Shown here piece by piece: positions 36,181-45,190 of a DNA stretch of 64,000 nucleotides. Made by a program: the position numbers and the translations under genes. The DNA comes from Acetobacteraceae bacterium. Its GTDB lineage: Bacteria; Pseudomonadota; Alphaproteobacteria; Acetobacterales; Acetobacteraceae. The DNA lies in the NCBI GenBank assembly GCA_035500775.1, contig DATJWY010000068.1:567-64566 (forward strand), read 5' to 3'. The notes below the pieces were generated by a model that was not told the origin of the DNA, did no database searches, and saw only the letters and a list, made by a program, of their open reading frames with translations. Every line of letters starts with the position of its first letter. Position 1 is the first letter of the stretch.

Positions 36181-36347
36181 CGTCGGTGCCGGGCTGGTCA
36201 CGTCCTGGGTGTCTCCTTGTCCGAGGCGTCGGTTCCCCGGGGCATCTCGGTGCAGGATCGGCGCGTTTCCGCCCGGGTGGGTGGTCTCCTTCGGCCTGAC
36301 GCGACAGGTCGGCTCGGGGGCATGCGGCATGCAGCGTGAGGCCCCGC

Positions 36348-36626
36348 TTAGCCTGGTGTCCTGTAGATGATGCGAATCCGCATGCCCGTCTGGGTGGGGA
36401 TCGCGATCACCTCGGACCGGGCCGCGCCGTTCGGCAGGTCGAGCAGCGAACTGCTCCGAAAGCCGATCAGCAGCGCCGCGCCGCCCAGGGTCAGCAGGAT
36501 GAGGGCGGCACTGATGGCCACCGGCAGCGGCGCATCGAATGGCTCCTGGGTGGAGATGGCGGCGCCGACCGAAAGCAGGATGGCGAGTGGGCCGATCAGT
36601 CTGAAAGCCTGGTTATGCGTGGACAT
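36348..36626 (-). CDS. small hypothetical two-TM membrane protein
   Basis: MSTHNQAFRLIGPLAILLSVGAAIS...PVAISAALILLTLGGAALLIGF... lies downstream of minE on the same strand. No family recognised. Confidence 0.35.
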   Translation of the reverse strand: MSTHNQAFRLIGPLAILLSVGAAISTQEPFDAPLPVAISAALILLTLGGAALLIGFRSSSLLDLPNGAARSEVIAIPTQTGMRIRIIYRTPG

Positions 36627-36658
36627 GGCTTCCTCTCCTTTCCGGATTTCGCGGCGAT

Positions 36659-36901
36659 TCAAGGCCGCACCCGCGGCACTAGGTCGATATCGATCTCGAG
36701 CACTTTCAGCTGACGCGAGATCCCCTGCCGGACATTGACGTGGCCGCAGCGCAGGTTGCGCTTTATCGCGTTCAGGATGTCGTCCTGCAGGCGGTCCAGC
36801 GGATTTTCGCCCGCCAACTGGACGCGATCCGAGGCAATCAGGTTTGTCAGACGGTCGCCGGCGACGGTAGCGGCCGGCTTTTTCTTAAGACTGATCGACA
36901 T
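36659..36901 (-). CDS. minE: cell-division topological specificity factor MinE
   Basis: MSISLKKKPAATVAGDRLTNLIASDRVQLAGENPLDRLQDDILNAIKRNL..QLKVLEIDIDL is the MinE pattern, 80 aa. It starts 7 nt after the minD stop. Confidence 0.8.
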   Translation of the reverse strand: MSISLKKKPAATVAGDRLTNLIASDRVQLAGENPLDRLQDDILNAIKRNLRCGHVNVRQGISRQLKVLEIDIDLVPRVRP

Positions 36902-36908
36902 TGGGCCT

Positions 36909-37769
36909 TCACTCCACTTCCGCCCGGGCGGCGATCTTGCGGCTGAACAACCGCTGGAAGATGGTGCGGTTCTCGGCTTTCGGCGCTTCCGGCGCGCGCA
37001 CTTCGGCCGGGTCGCCGAGGAAGCGGGCGATCGCGTCCTTGTAGGCTTGGCCGGCATCGCTGTTCGGTTCCAGGCTGACCGGCCGGCCGAGATTCGAGGC
37101 GCGCAAGATCCAGTGGCTTTCCGGAATGATCCCGAGCAGATCGACGGACAGGATGTCCTGGATGACGTTGACATTGAGCATCGCGCCGGACTTCACCCGG
37201 CTCTCGTCGTAGCGGGTGACGAGTAAATGCTCCTTCACCGGGGCGCGCTCTTCCTCGGCGCGCTTCGAGCGCGAGGCGATCAGGCCGAGGATGCGGTCAG
37301 AGTCGCGGACGGAGGAGATCTCCGGGTTGGTGACGACGATCGCCTGATCGGCGTGGTAGAGCGCCATCAGCGCGCCCTGCTCGATGCCGGCCGGGCTGTC
37401 GCAGATAATGTATTCGAACTCGTTTCGCAAGGCTTCGATGACGGCGTTGACGCCGGCCTGGGTCAGCACGTCCTTGTCCTTGGTCTGGGAGGTCGCGAGG
37501 ACATAGAGGTTATCGACCCGCTTGTCCTTGATCAGTGCCTGCCCAAGCTTCGCTTCACCGCTGATGACGTGGGTGATGTCGAAGATCACGCGGCGCTCGC
37601 AGCCCATCACCAGGTCAAGATTTCGCAGGCCGACATCGAAATCAACGACGACGGTCTTGTGGCCGCGCAGGGCGAGTCCGGCCGCGAAGGCGGCGGAGGT
37701 GGTCGTCTTGCCGACCCCGCCCTTGCCGGAGGTTACGACGATCACCTGGGAGTTCTGGACCTCGGTCAC
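36909..37769 (-). CDS. minD: septum site-determining ATPase MinD
   Basis: ..VIVVTSGKGGVGKTTTSAAFAAGLALRGHKTVVVDFDVGLRNLDLVMGCERRVIFD.. contains the deviant Walker A. GTG start at 37769 after GGAGA; the track ORF is longer. Confidence 0.92.
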   Translation of the reverse strand: MTEVQNSQVIVVTSGKGGVGKTTTSAAFAAGLALRGHKTVVVDFDVGLRNLDLVMGCERRVIFDITHVISGEAKLGQALIKDKRVDNLYVLATSQTKDKDVLTQAGVNAVIEALRNEFEYIICDSPAGIEQGALMALYHADQAIVVTNPEISSVRDSDRILGLIASRSKRAEEERAPVKEHLLVTRYDESRVKSGAMLNVNVIQDILSVDLLGIIPESHWILRASNLGRPVSLEPNSDAGQAYKDAIARFLGDPAEVRAPEAPKAENRTIFQRLFSRKIAARAEVE

Positions 37770-37794
37770 TGGGATTCTCCTCTGATGGACCGGT

Positions 37795-38496
37795 TCAGGA
37801 CAATGCGCCGAAGCGCAAATAGCCCTCTTGCAGGAAGAGTTGTGTCCGCTTCCCCCGCCATTCTGGCAGGAAGTCTTCCGCGGCCATGTAGTAGCCGCTG
37901 ATCGAGACCAGTTCGGCCTCCAGCGTGCTGACGAAGATTCGCGCCTGCTGGTCGTCATTGATCCCGGCGAGGGCGCGGCCGCGCAGGGTGCCGTAAATGT
38001 GGATATTCCCGTCCGCCAGAACTTCCGCGCCGGCGGAGACGGAGGCGAGCACGATCAGATCGCCTCCCGCGGCATAGATCGAGCGGCCGGACCGGATCGG
38101 TTCGCGGATGATCAGCGGCGGCCGGCGCGGTGATTCCGCGGCCGTGCCGACGCCGTGAGTTTCGCCGGGAATGATTTTCGCAAGACCGATATCGGCGGCG
38201 CGCCGCGCGAGGTCGGGGTTGCCGCTCTGGATGCCGACGGGGATCAGTCCGTAGCTGCGAACGCGTTCGCTGATCGCGGCAAGGTCGATCTCGTTGGCTT
38301 GCAGGGGGGAGTTGGTGAAGTCAAGGACGACCGGGGCGACGGAGAAGAAGCCGGGTGCCTGGGCGATTTTTTCGGCCAGGAGGGTATCGAAATTCCCGTC
38401 ATGCGGGTTTTGCACCTCCAGCGTGACCAGGGCGTGCGACTGGCTTTTCAGCCGGAGAGGGGGAAGTCTGCTGCTCGCACCGGAGGAAGCGTTCAT
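37795..38496 (-). CDS. minC: septum site-determining protein MinC
   Basis: ..IREPIRSGRSIYAAGGDLIVLASVSAGAEVLADGNIHIYGTLRGRALAGINDDQQARIF.. is the MinC C-terminal beta-helix motif. Confidence 0.88.
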   Translation of the reverse strand: MNASSGASSRLPPLRLKSQSHALVTLEVQNPHDGNFDTLLAEKIAQAPGFFSVAPVVLDFTNSPLQANEIDLAAISERVRSYGLIPVGIQSGNPDLARRAADIGLAKIIPGETHGVGTAAESPRRPPLIIREPIRSGRSIYAAGGDLIVLASVSAGAEVLADGNIHIYGTLRGRALAGINDDQQARIFVSTLEAELVSISGYYMAAEDFLPEWRGKRTQLFLQEGYLRFGALS

Positions 38497-38573
38497 CTGG
38501 CCACGACCCGCATTCTGCTGGGGTTGACTTGCTTCGTCGCTAGCGTCCTTCTGTGTGAAGGGACAAAGCTACG

Positions 38574-38650
38574 TTTCGCATACCTTTTCCTGTAGTCCTG
38601 ATCGGAAAATTTCGCAAGGCTTTTGTGAGGCGAGCGCCTCGAAATTTCGC
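38574..38650 (-). promoter_or_regulatory. three GCGAAA boxes (minus orientation) upstream of minC
   Basis: TTTCGC at 38574, 38610 and 38645, with 35-36 nt spacing. On the minC strand they read ATGCGAAACG, TTGCGAAATT and CGCGAAATTT. They sit between the SLT-gene terminator and the minC start. Confidence 0.45.
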
Positions 38651-38670
38651 GCTACCGCCCTGTTCGGGTA

Positions 38671-38708
38671 AAGCCCCGCGCCGGCCTGGGCGGCGCGGGG
38701 GGGGGCTT
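38671..38708 (-). terminator. terminator-like hairpin after the SLT gene
   Basis: AAGCCCCGCGCCG (38671-38683) pairs with CGGCGCGGGG..GCTT (38691-38708), which contains a G9 run at 38697-38705. On the minus strand the stem is followed by TTT. Confidence 0.55.
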
Positions 38709-38713
38709 GCGTT

Positions 38714-39685
38714 TCAGGTGTTTTGTCCGGCGGCCTGGTAGGCGCTACGGCTTTGCGAGGGGCTGGTTAGACGCTCCTCCATGGCGGAGAGCACTCCGTT
38801 CGGCAAGGGCGTGCCATGGCCCCCGCGGCGCATCCGGCTGTCGGAGGCGTGCGCCAGGTTACGGTCTAGCCGGGTAAAGACCTCAGCAAGAGAGGCCAGG
38901 GCGAGTTGCTCTTGCGTGCTGGTTGCTTGTCGTGGCCGGTTCGTCCCCCACCCCGTCGCGCCGGAATCCAGGCTGTCCGCCTGTGCGCTGCCGGTTTTGC
39001 CGAAGCTCATCCCGCCCTGCGGCACGGGCAGGCCGAGTTCGGCGAAGGCCCGATCAACTTTCGCGCGAATGTGATTGATGAACTGGGTGGCCGTATAGGG
39101 TGTGCCGTCCGCGGCATAAAACATGGCTGGGTTGGCGTGGGCCGCTGCGGGCAGGATATCGGCGGCGGCCTTGCCGGGGGCGGTCTGCGCCGTCTGCAGC
39201 ATTTGCGCGGCGCCGCCCTGGCCGAGGAAGTGGCCGAGATAGGTCTCGGCCGCGTCCGGCGCTCGGCCGAGCACCCCAGTCAGCTTGTCGGCGACCGCTT
39301 GCAGGGTGTTGCCGGCCATCGAGGCGGCCAGTTTCGCATCATTTCGCAAGTCCAATATGTGCTGCCGGAGGCTGGGGTCCTCCACGGTCAGCTGGCCGCT
39401 GCGGCGCACGATGGCGGCGGCTTCCGCGCTCAGCCCATGGTTCGCGCCATAGTCGTGCACCGCTTGCAGCCAGCTCTGTTCGACGAACTGGAACAAGCCC
39501 TTGGCGGAGGACGATGCCGAGCGGGCATCCGGCCGGAGACCGCTTTCCATCGAGGCGGATGCCAGGAGCACATTGAAGCTCGTGCCCGTTTCCGCGCTGG
39601 CGTTGCGCAGCGCGGATATAACTCCTGCCGTGGCATTTAGCCCGCTTGGGGCGGAAGCTTCGGTGTCTGGAATGCGGAAGGTCAC
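38714..39685 (-). CDS. lytic transglycosylase (SLT domain), probable flagellar peptidoglycan-remodelling enzyme
   Basis: ..LLASASMESGLRPDARSASSSAKGLFQFVEQSWL.. shows the SLT catalytic Glu-Ser and GLFQF motifs. It is divergent from motA. A separate SLT enzyme partnering a muramidase-less FlgJ is known for Rhodobacter SltF. Confidence 0.75.
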   Translation of the reverse strand: MTFRIPDTEASAPSGLNATAGVISALRNASAETGTSFNVLLASASMESGLRPDARSASSSAKGLFQFVEQSWLQAVHDYGANHGLSAEAAAIVRRSGQLTVEDPSLRQHILDLRNDAKLAASMAGNTLQAVADKLTGVLGRAPDAAETYLGHFLGQGGAAQMLQTAQTAPGKAAADILPAAAHANPAMFYAADGTPYTATQFINHIRAKVDRAFAELGLPVPQGGMSFGKTGSAQADSLDSGATGWGTNRPRQATSTQEQLALASLAEVFTRLDRNLAHASDSRMRRGGHGTPLPNGVLSAMEERLTSPSQSRSAYQAAGQNT

Positions 39686-39709
39686 GCGATCCTCCTCTCA
39701 GTCTCCGGT

Positions 39710-39745
39710 TTTCGCAAAAAGCGTCTGGCCGAAGGTCGTGCGAAA
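39710..39745. promoter_or_regulatory. divergent pair of GCGAAA boxes between the SLT gene and motA
   Basis: TTTCGC (39710-39715), 24 nt, GCGAAA (39740-39745, within TGCGAAATGATAAG). Each box points toward its downstream gene. Confidence 0.45.
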
Positions 39746-39808
39746 TGATAAGAACAAGCATGCGGCACGGTGTGTCATCCGTCAACGTGAAAGCGAGTCT
39801 GAGCGGGC

Positions 39809-40693
39809 ATGTGGCAAGGGATCGGGCTGGTTGGCGTCTTCGTCGTGGTCTGGCTCGGCTATACCATCAGCGGCGGCAAGTTCGGGGTCATCCTGCAAGC
39901 CGCGGGGCCGGAACTGCTGGTGATCGGCGGCGCGGGGACGATGACCCTGCTGATCTCCAATGACACGAGTACCGTCAAAAAAGTCTGGGATGGGCTCAGG
40001 AAGGTGTTCTCCGGCCCCAAATGGAAGAAGACCGACTACGCGGACGCGCTGTGCCTGATGTTTCTGCTGGTCCGTGTGGCCCGGCAGGAGGGCAACGTGG
40101 CGCTCGAGCGGCACATCGAGAACCCGGAGAAATCCGCGATCTTCGCCCATTATCCGCATTTTCTGGCGGATAAGGATCTGACCGCCTTCATATCCGACGT
40201 TTTTCGCAGCATCACGCTTAACTTCACCGATGCGTACAAGGTCGGCGAAATGATGGAGACGGAAGTCGCGAAGCGTTACCAGGAACAGCTCAGGGCGGCG
40301 AAGGCGCTGAGCACCGTGGCGGACGCCTTCCCGGCGCTCGGCATCGTCGCCGCCGTGCTCGGCATCATCAAGGCGATGGGCGCGATATCCGAATCCCCGC
40401 AGGTGCTTGGTCACATGATCAGTTCGGCGCTGGTCGGCACGTTCCTCGGCGTATTCCTCTCCTATGCTCTCGTGGGGCCGCTCGCTGGCCGTATCCGCAA
40501 CGTGGTCGATGAGGAGAACGCCATGCCGAACCTGATCAGGCAGATCATCACCTCCCATCTGGACAATCTTGTCCCGCAGCTCGCGGTCGAGGTTGGCCGG
40601 AAGTCGATCCCGAGCAAGTTCCAGCCCTCCTTCAATGAGATGGACGGGATGCTGAAGGAAGCCGCCAAGGTGGCTCGCAAGGGGGAGGGCTGA
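39809..40693 (+). CDS. motA: flagellar stator protein MotA
   Basis: 294 aa. ..AFPALGIVAAVLGIIKAMGAI..LGHMISSALVGTFLGVFLSYALVGPLA.. is the MotA/TolQ/ExbB channel motif. Confidence 0.92.
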   Translation: MWQGIGLVGVFVVVWLGYTISGGKFGVILQAAGPELLVIGGAGTMTLLISNDTSTVKKVWDGLRKVFSGPKWKKTDYADALCLMFLLVRVARQEGNVALERHIENPEKSAIFAHYPHFLADKDLTAFISDVFRSITLNFTDAYKVGEMMETEVAKRYQEQLRAAKALSTVADAFPALGIVAAVLGIIKAMGAISESPQVLGHMISSALVGTFLGVFLSYALVGPLAGRIRNVVDEENAMPNLIRQIITSHLDNLVPQLAVEVGRKSIPSKFQPSFNEMDGMLKEAAKVARKGEG

Positions 40694-40697
40694 GGTC

Positions 40698-43043
40698 TTG
40701 GTCCACTATCCCGTCCGGCAACTGAGCGTCGCCGCCGCGCTGTGCCTTGCGGCGCTGCCGGCCCTGGGCGCCGCGCCCCTGCCGCTCACGTCCCCCCTGG
40801 CGCGGCCCGCGCCAGCTGTGCTGCCCGTGTCCACGGCCATGGCGGCGCCGTCCGACTCAGTCCCGGCCGGGGTGATCGTGCCGGTGCGGGCGGGTGTGCG
40901 AAACAAGGGCGGCCGCCTTGCTTTCCAGATCGATGCCGAGGCGGGCTCGCCGAGCCTGCGGCGGGTGTCGGGCGGCGTGGAGATCCGCTTGCCGGGGGCG
41001 GCCGATCTCGATCTCTCCGGACTGCGCCACATCCGGCAGGTGGCTGGTATCGAGCAGCGGCGGGAAGGGGATGCCCTCATCGCGACGGTTCGGCTCACCT
41101 GCGCCTGCGATATCCATGCCGGTCATATCCCCGGCTACTTCTTCGTGGATTTTCGCGATGCGCGGGAGCCGGTGTCGGCGGCGAGGCTGTCGGTCGCTGC
41201 CGCCGCCGGTTCGGCGCCCGGCAACGCGCCGCCCGCGGTCGCGACAAAGCCCGCGCCCCGGGGGGATGACATGGACTCGCTGCGCGCGAGCTTATCCACC
41301 AAAATCGCGCTGCTGAACGGCGTGGCGCCGGCGGCGGATGCCGCCCCTCAGTCTGCGCCTGCGGCGGCTCCGGCCGTGCCTCCGCCTCCGCCCAAGCCGA
41401 TCTGCCAGCCGGATTTCGATATGGCTGCCTGGCGTGGCGAAGGCTCCTTCACCGAACGGCTGGTCGCTCTTCGCCGCCAGGCGGCGAACGCCATGGAGGG
41501 CGCGCCGGAGATGGCGGCCCTGGCCGAGTTCTATGTTGCCAATGGTCTGCCGAACGAAGCCCTCGCCGCCGTCAATGAATGGCATGCGGAGGACCCTTCC
41601 GCGGCCGACCGGACACGACTCGCGCGTGTCGCCGACATCGCGCATCTGATGCGTCGCGAGTCGATCGACGCTGCCTCGCCACTGCTCGCCGAGCATGCAG
41701 GCTGCGATCGCGATGATCTCGGCCTTTGGCGCGCCCTCGCCGCCACCGCGATCGGCGATACGCAGACCGTCGTGCAGCAGGCGGGCAAGGCGCGCGCAGA
41801 GCTGCGTGACATCCCCGATACGCCACGGCAGATCTTCGCCATGGCGATCGCCGATGCCTCCGGCGACGACCCCGGAACACTACGCGCGATGGCCGCTGCT
41901 GTGCAAAACGCCGACAGTAGCGCGCCGGATGACGAGGCCGACCGTCTGTTGCTGCAAGCGAAAATCGCCAGCAGCGAGGGGAACCTTTCCGACGAGGTCC
42001 TGTTCCTCGGGCGTGCCGCCGAGCAGGACAGCACGGTTCCCGGCCTGATCGCCAGAATGCGCCTTGCCGCGCTCGATGCATCCCGGCCGGGGCCGGTTGG
42101 TAGTCATGCGGAGGCGGTGTTGCTGGATCTGGCGCATGCCTATCGCTACGACCCGCTTGGCGAGGAGGCCGCCCTGCTACTGGCGCAGCGCCGGCTGGAG
42201 GAGGGCGACTACGCCGAGACACTCGCCCTTGCCGATCAGAGCGCGGCGGGGGAGAGCCACCGCGGTGAGAGCCGGGGCGCCGAGCTGGTCGCCCGCATCC
42301 TGCGTATCCTGGTCGGACCGGACAGTCCGTCCCTGCCTGACGCCGACCAGCGCCTGACGCTCTATTGGCGCTATGAGGGCTATGCGACCCCTGGCGCGAA
42401 AGGTGACGATATCCGCCTGGGTGCGATCAGGCTGTTGTTGGCGCGGAACCTGCCGGAGGCGGCGTTGTCCGTGGCCAACCAGCTTTCGCCGGTGACCACC
42501 GCCTCACCCGGCGCCATGGTGCTCCGCGCCCTTGCGGAAGCGCGTGCCGCCACCGGCGACCCGCAAAAGGCGCTCGCCCTGCTTGGTCAGGTGCCGGCGT
42601 CCCCGGAGGCGCATCGCGCGACCGCGGCGGCCCTGGCGCGGCTCGACCGGGCGGACGATGCCGCGCATGCGCTTGACGGGCTCCCGGCGTATGCGGACCG
42701 GTTGCGCCGCGCCGACCTGTTCTATCAGGCGCAGGATTGGGATGCGGCCGCCGCAGCCTATGCCGATCTGCTGCGTGATCCGGCAACGGAGAAGACGGCA
42801 CGGGCCGACCTGACGACGCGTTACGCCCTGACCGCCAGCCTGGCGCGGCGTGCGCCGGCGGATCGTCCCGCGACGGAGTTGCTCTCGGCCCAGGGGGCGG
42901 CGCGGGATGCACTTTCCCTGGTCGATGCCCCGCCTCCGGCCGCGTCCTCTGTCGCCGTTTCGAGCGGGGCGGTGACCCAGGTGGACGAAGTGCGTCAGGC
43001 CATCGAGCGGTCGAAGCACATTGAAGACCTTCTCGCGCCATAG
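40698..43043 (+). CDS. large secreted/periplasmic protein with Ala-rich TPR-like helical repeats
   Basis: 781-aa ORF with a TTG start 5 nt after motA and a signal peptide (AAALCLAALPALGAAP). A beta-rich N-terminal module and a Pro-rich linker are followed by long helical repeats (..EFYVANGLPNEALAAV.., ..RRLEEGDYAETLALAD.., ..FYQAQDWDAAAAAYADLL..). No family assigned. Confidence 0.45.
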   Translation: MVHYPVRQLSVAAALCLAALPALGAAPLPLTSPLARPAPAVLPVSTAMAAPSDSVPAGVIVPVRAGVRNKGGRLAFQIDAEAGSPSLRRVSGGVEIRLPGAADLDLSGLRHIRQVAGIEQRREGDALIATVRLTCACDIHAGHIPGYFFVDFRDAREPVSAARLSVAAAAGSAPGNAPPAVATKPAPRGDDMDSLRASLSTKIALLNGVAPAADAAPQSAPAAAPAVPPPPPKPICQPDFDMAAWRGEGSFTERLVALRRQAANAMEGAPEMAALAEFYVANGLPNEALAAVNEWHAEDPSAADRTRLARVADIAHLMRRESIDAASPLLAEHAGCDRDDLGLWRALAATAIGDTQTVVQQAGKARAELRDIPDTPRQIFAMAIADASGDDPGTLRAMAAAVQNADSSAPDDEADRLLLQAKIASSEGNLSDEVLFLGRAAEQDSTVPGLIARMRLAALDASRPGPVGSHAEAVLLDLAHAYRYDPLGEEAALLLAQRRLEEGDYAETLALADQSAAGESHRGESRGAELVARILRILVGPDSPSLPDADQRLTLYWRYEGYATPGAKGDDIRLGAIRLLLARNLPEAALSVANQLSPVTTASPGAMVLRALAEARAATGDPQKALALLGQVPASPEAHRATAAALARLDRADDAAHALDGLPAYADRLRRADLFYQAQDWDAAAAAYADLLRDPATEKTARADLTTRYALTASLARRAPADRPATELLSAQGAARDALSLVDAPPPAASSVAVSSGAVTQVDEVRQAIERSKHIEDLLAP

Positions 43044-43153
43044 GCATGACCGTCAGGATACAACACCATTTGGTTTGGAAAAGCTGATTGAAAATCTGGA
43101 GTTTTTCTGTTGGCGCCTGTCTTGTTCCCGTTGATTGAGAAGGAGCTTGGGTT

Positions 43154-43909
43154 ATGGAGGACACGACCTACGTCACGCTTTCCGCCCAGGTCGCGCTACA
43201 GCATCAGCTTGAAGTGGTCGCCAACAACATCGCGAACGCCAACACGAGCGGTTACAAGGCGGACCGGCAGCTGTTTCAGACCTATGTAAATCGGCTTGCC
43301 GTTCCGGGAAACCAGGTTGCCTTCGTGCAGGACCGGGCGACCTACTTCGACCGCTCCGCTGGTCAGTTTCAGACAACCGACAATCCGTTCGATCTCGCGA
43401 TCGATGGGGATGGGTTCCTTTCGGTGCGCACGCCGCAGGGCCCATTCTATTCGCGGGATGGCAGGCTGCACCTTTCCCCGGACAGGACGTTGGTAGATAC
43501 GAACAGCAATCCGTTGCTCGGTGAGGATGGTCAGCCGATCCAGTTGCCGGACGACTATACGCGCGTGCGGGTGGAAGGCGACGGCACGGTTAGCATTCTG
43601 ACCGCCAACAGCATTGACTGGCAGGATATCGGCCGCATTGCGACCTATCGCCCGGTCAGCCCGGAGACGCTGCGCAAGGCCGGCAATGGCCTGGTCAGCG
43701 CACCGCCGAACGGCATGACCCTGATTCCAGCGCAAGATACCGGATCACGCATCATGCAAGGCACGGTCGAGGCTTCGACCGTCCAGCCGGTGAAGGAAAT
43801 CGCCAACATGACGGAGCTTAGCCGGGCCTATGAGCGTCTGCAGACCCTGTTGAGTGACGATAACGACCGCGAACGCACCATGATCCAGACGCTCGGTCGC
43901 ACGAACTGA
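43154..43909 (+). CDS. flgF: flagellar proximal rod protein FlgF
   Basis: ..LEVVANNIANANTSGYKADRQLF.. and the C terminus ..TELSRAYERLQTLL... 251 aa, upstream of flgG. Confidence 0.9.
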   Translation: MEDTTYVTLSAQVALQHQLEVVANNIANANTSGYKADRQLFQTYVNRLAVPGNQVAFVQDRATYFDRSAGQFQTTDNPFDLAIDGDGFLSVRTPQGPFYSRDGRLHLSPDRTLVDTNSNPLLGEDGQPIQLPDDYTRVRVEGDGTVSILTANSIDWQDIGRIATYRPVSPETLRKAGNGLVSAPPNGMTLIPAQDTGSRIMQGTVEASTVQPVKEIANMTELSRAYERLQTLLSDDNDRERTMIQTLGRTN

Positions 43910-43937
43910 CCGGCGAGTCGACAGGAGACACCACACT

Positions 43938-44723
43938 ATGTTGCGCGCACTCGGCATCGCCGCGACCGGCATGCAGGCTCAGCAAACCAACGTGGAAGTC
44001 ATTTCCAACAACATAGCGAACGTCAGTACGACCGGATTCAAGAGGAGTATGGCCGAGTTCCAGGATCTGCTCTATCAGAATGCCGATCGCGTCGGCACTG
44101 AATCGTCGGAAACGGGAACCATCCTGCCGACCGGCACGCAGATCGGCCTCGGCGTGCGCAATTCCGGCGTCAATCGGATCACCTCGCAGGGCACGCTGAC
44201 GCAGACGGACAACAAGCTCGACGTCGCGGTCGATGGTCGCGGCTATTTCGGCGTCCTTCTGCCGAACGGAGACACCGCCTACACGCGCGACGGAAGCTTC
44301 AAATTCTCCGACACGGGGCAGATCGTCACGAATGAGGGGTATCAGGTGCTGCCCGGCATCACCATCGATCCGCGTGCCAAGGATGTGACGATCAACCAGG
44401 CGGGTGAAGTGGTGATGACCGATTCGAGCGGCAAGCAGCAGACCATTGGCCGTCTGCAACTCTATATGTTCGCCAACGAGGCGGGGCTCGAAGCACAAGG
44501 CGGCAATAATTTTCTTTCCACCACCGCGTCCGGTGATCCGATCCAGGGTTTGCCGAATGATCCGGGCTTTGGCTCCATCCGCCAGGGTTATCTCGAATCG
44601 TCGAACGTCAATGTCGTGCAGGAGATCACTTCGTTGATCCAGGCGCAGCGATCTTACGAGTTGAACAGCAAGGTCATCGAAGCCGCTGATCAGATGATGC
44701 AGACCACATCCCAGCTCCGGTAA
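43938..44723 (+). CDS. flgG: flagellar distal rod protein FlgG
   Basis: MLRALGIAATGMQAQQTNVEVISNNIANVSTTGFKRS.. and ..EITSLIQAQRSYELNSKVIEAADQMMQ... 261 aa. Confidence 0.95.
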   Translation: MLRALGIAATGMQAQQTNVEVISNNIANVSTTGFKRSMAEFQDLLYQNADRVGTESSETGTILPTGTQIGLGVRNSGVNRITSQGTLTQTDNKLDVAVDGRGYFGVLLPNGDTAYTRDGSFKFSDTGQIVTNEGYQVLPGITIDPRAKDVTINQAGEVVMTDSSGKQQTIGRLQLYMFANEAGLEAQGGNNFLSTTASGDPIQGLPNDPGFGSIRQGYLESSNVNVVQEITSLIQAQRSYELNSKVIEAADQMMQTTSQLR

Positions 44724-44725
44724 GG

Positions 44726-45190
44726 ATGATGCGCATGCAGGGTTTCCGCTCCATCGCTGCCTATATCGGCGTTGTCCTGTTCGTCGGGCTGTCGTCGGCC
44801 AGGGCAGGGGACGAGGCCTGGTACGCGACCGAGATGCTCATGCCAGGCGACGTTGTGCACGCCGAGAATGTCCAACTTAGGTCGTTGACCCGGCCGATCT
44901 ATGGCGCCTTGTCAGCCGACAAAAATCCGGTTGGGCTCGAGGTCAAGCACCATGTTGTCGCCGGACATCCGCTGACTGTCCATGATGTGGGGCCGATCTG
45001 TCTCGTCCATGCCAACGAGACCGTGCAGGTCCATTGGCGGGTCGGTAATCTGTCGATGGTCCTGAGTGGCCGTGCTCTGGAACCGGGCGCAGCCGGGCAA
45101 GAGATCCGTGTGCTCAATCCGTCCACCTCGCGCACCATCAGCGGCATTGTCGTCGGGCCTGACACTCTGGAAATACAGCCCAACCAATGA
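44726..45190 (+). CDS. flgA: P-ring assembly chaperone FlgA
   Basis: Signal peptide plus the C-terminal SAF-like ..GRALEPGAAGQEIRVLNPSTSRTISGIVVGPDTLEI. It lies between flgG and flgH. Confidence 0.8.
   Translation: MMRMQGFRSIAAYIGVVLFVGLSSARAGDEAWYATEMLMPGDVVHAENVQLRSLTRPIYGALSADKNPVGLEVKHHVVAGHPLTVHDVGPICLVHANETVQVHWRVGNLSMVLSGRALEPGAAGQEIRVLNPSTSRTISGIVVGPDTLEIQPNQ

Noticed and set aside
38697-38705. Homopolymeric G9 (and G8 at 21179-21186) as phase-variation tracts
   Set aside because: Both lie in intergenic terminator stems rather than in coding or promoter-spacer positions, so slippage would not switch a gene on or off. Possibly they modulate terminator strength only.
43111-43126. sigma54-like TGGCGCCTGTCTTGTT upstream of flgF
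   Set aside because: The -24 TGGC and the spacing are right, but the invariant -12 GC is GT. It was not called. The similar TGGCGAAAATTTGCC at 18455-18469 has the GC one nucleotide too close.
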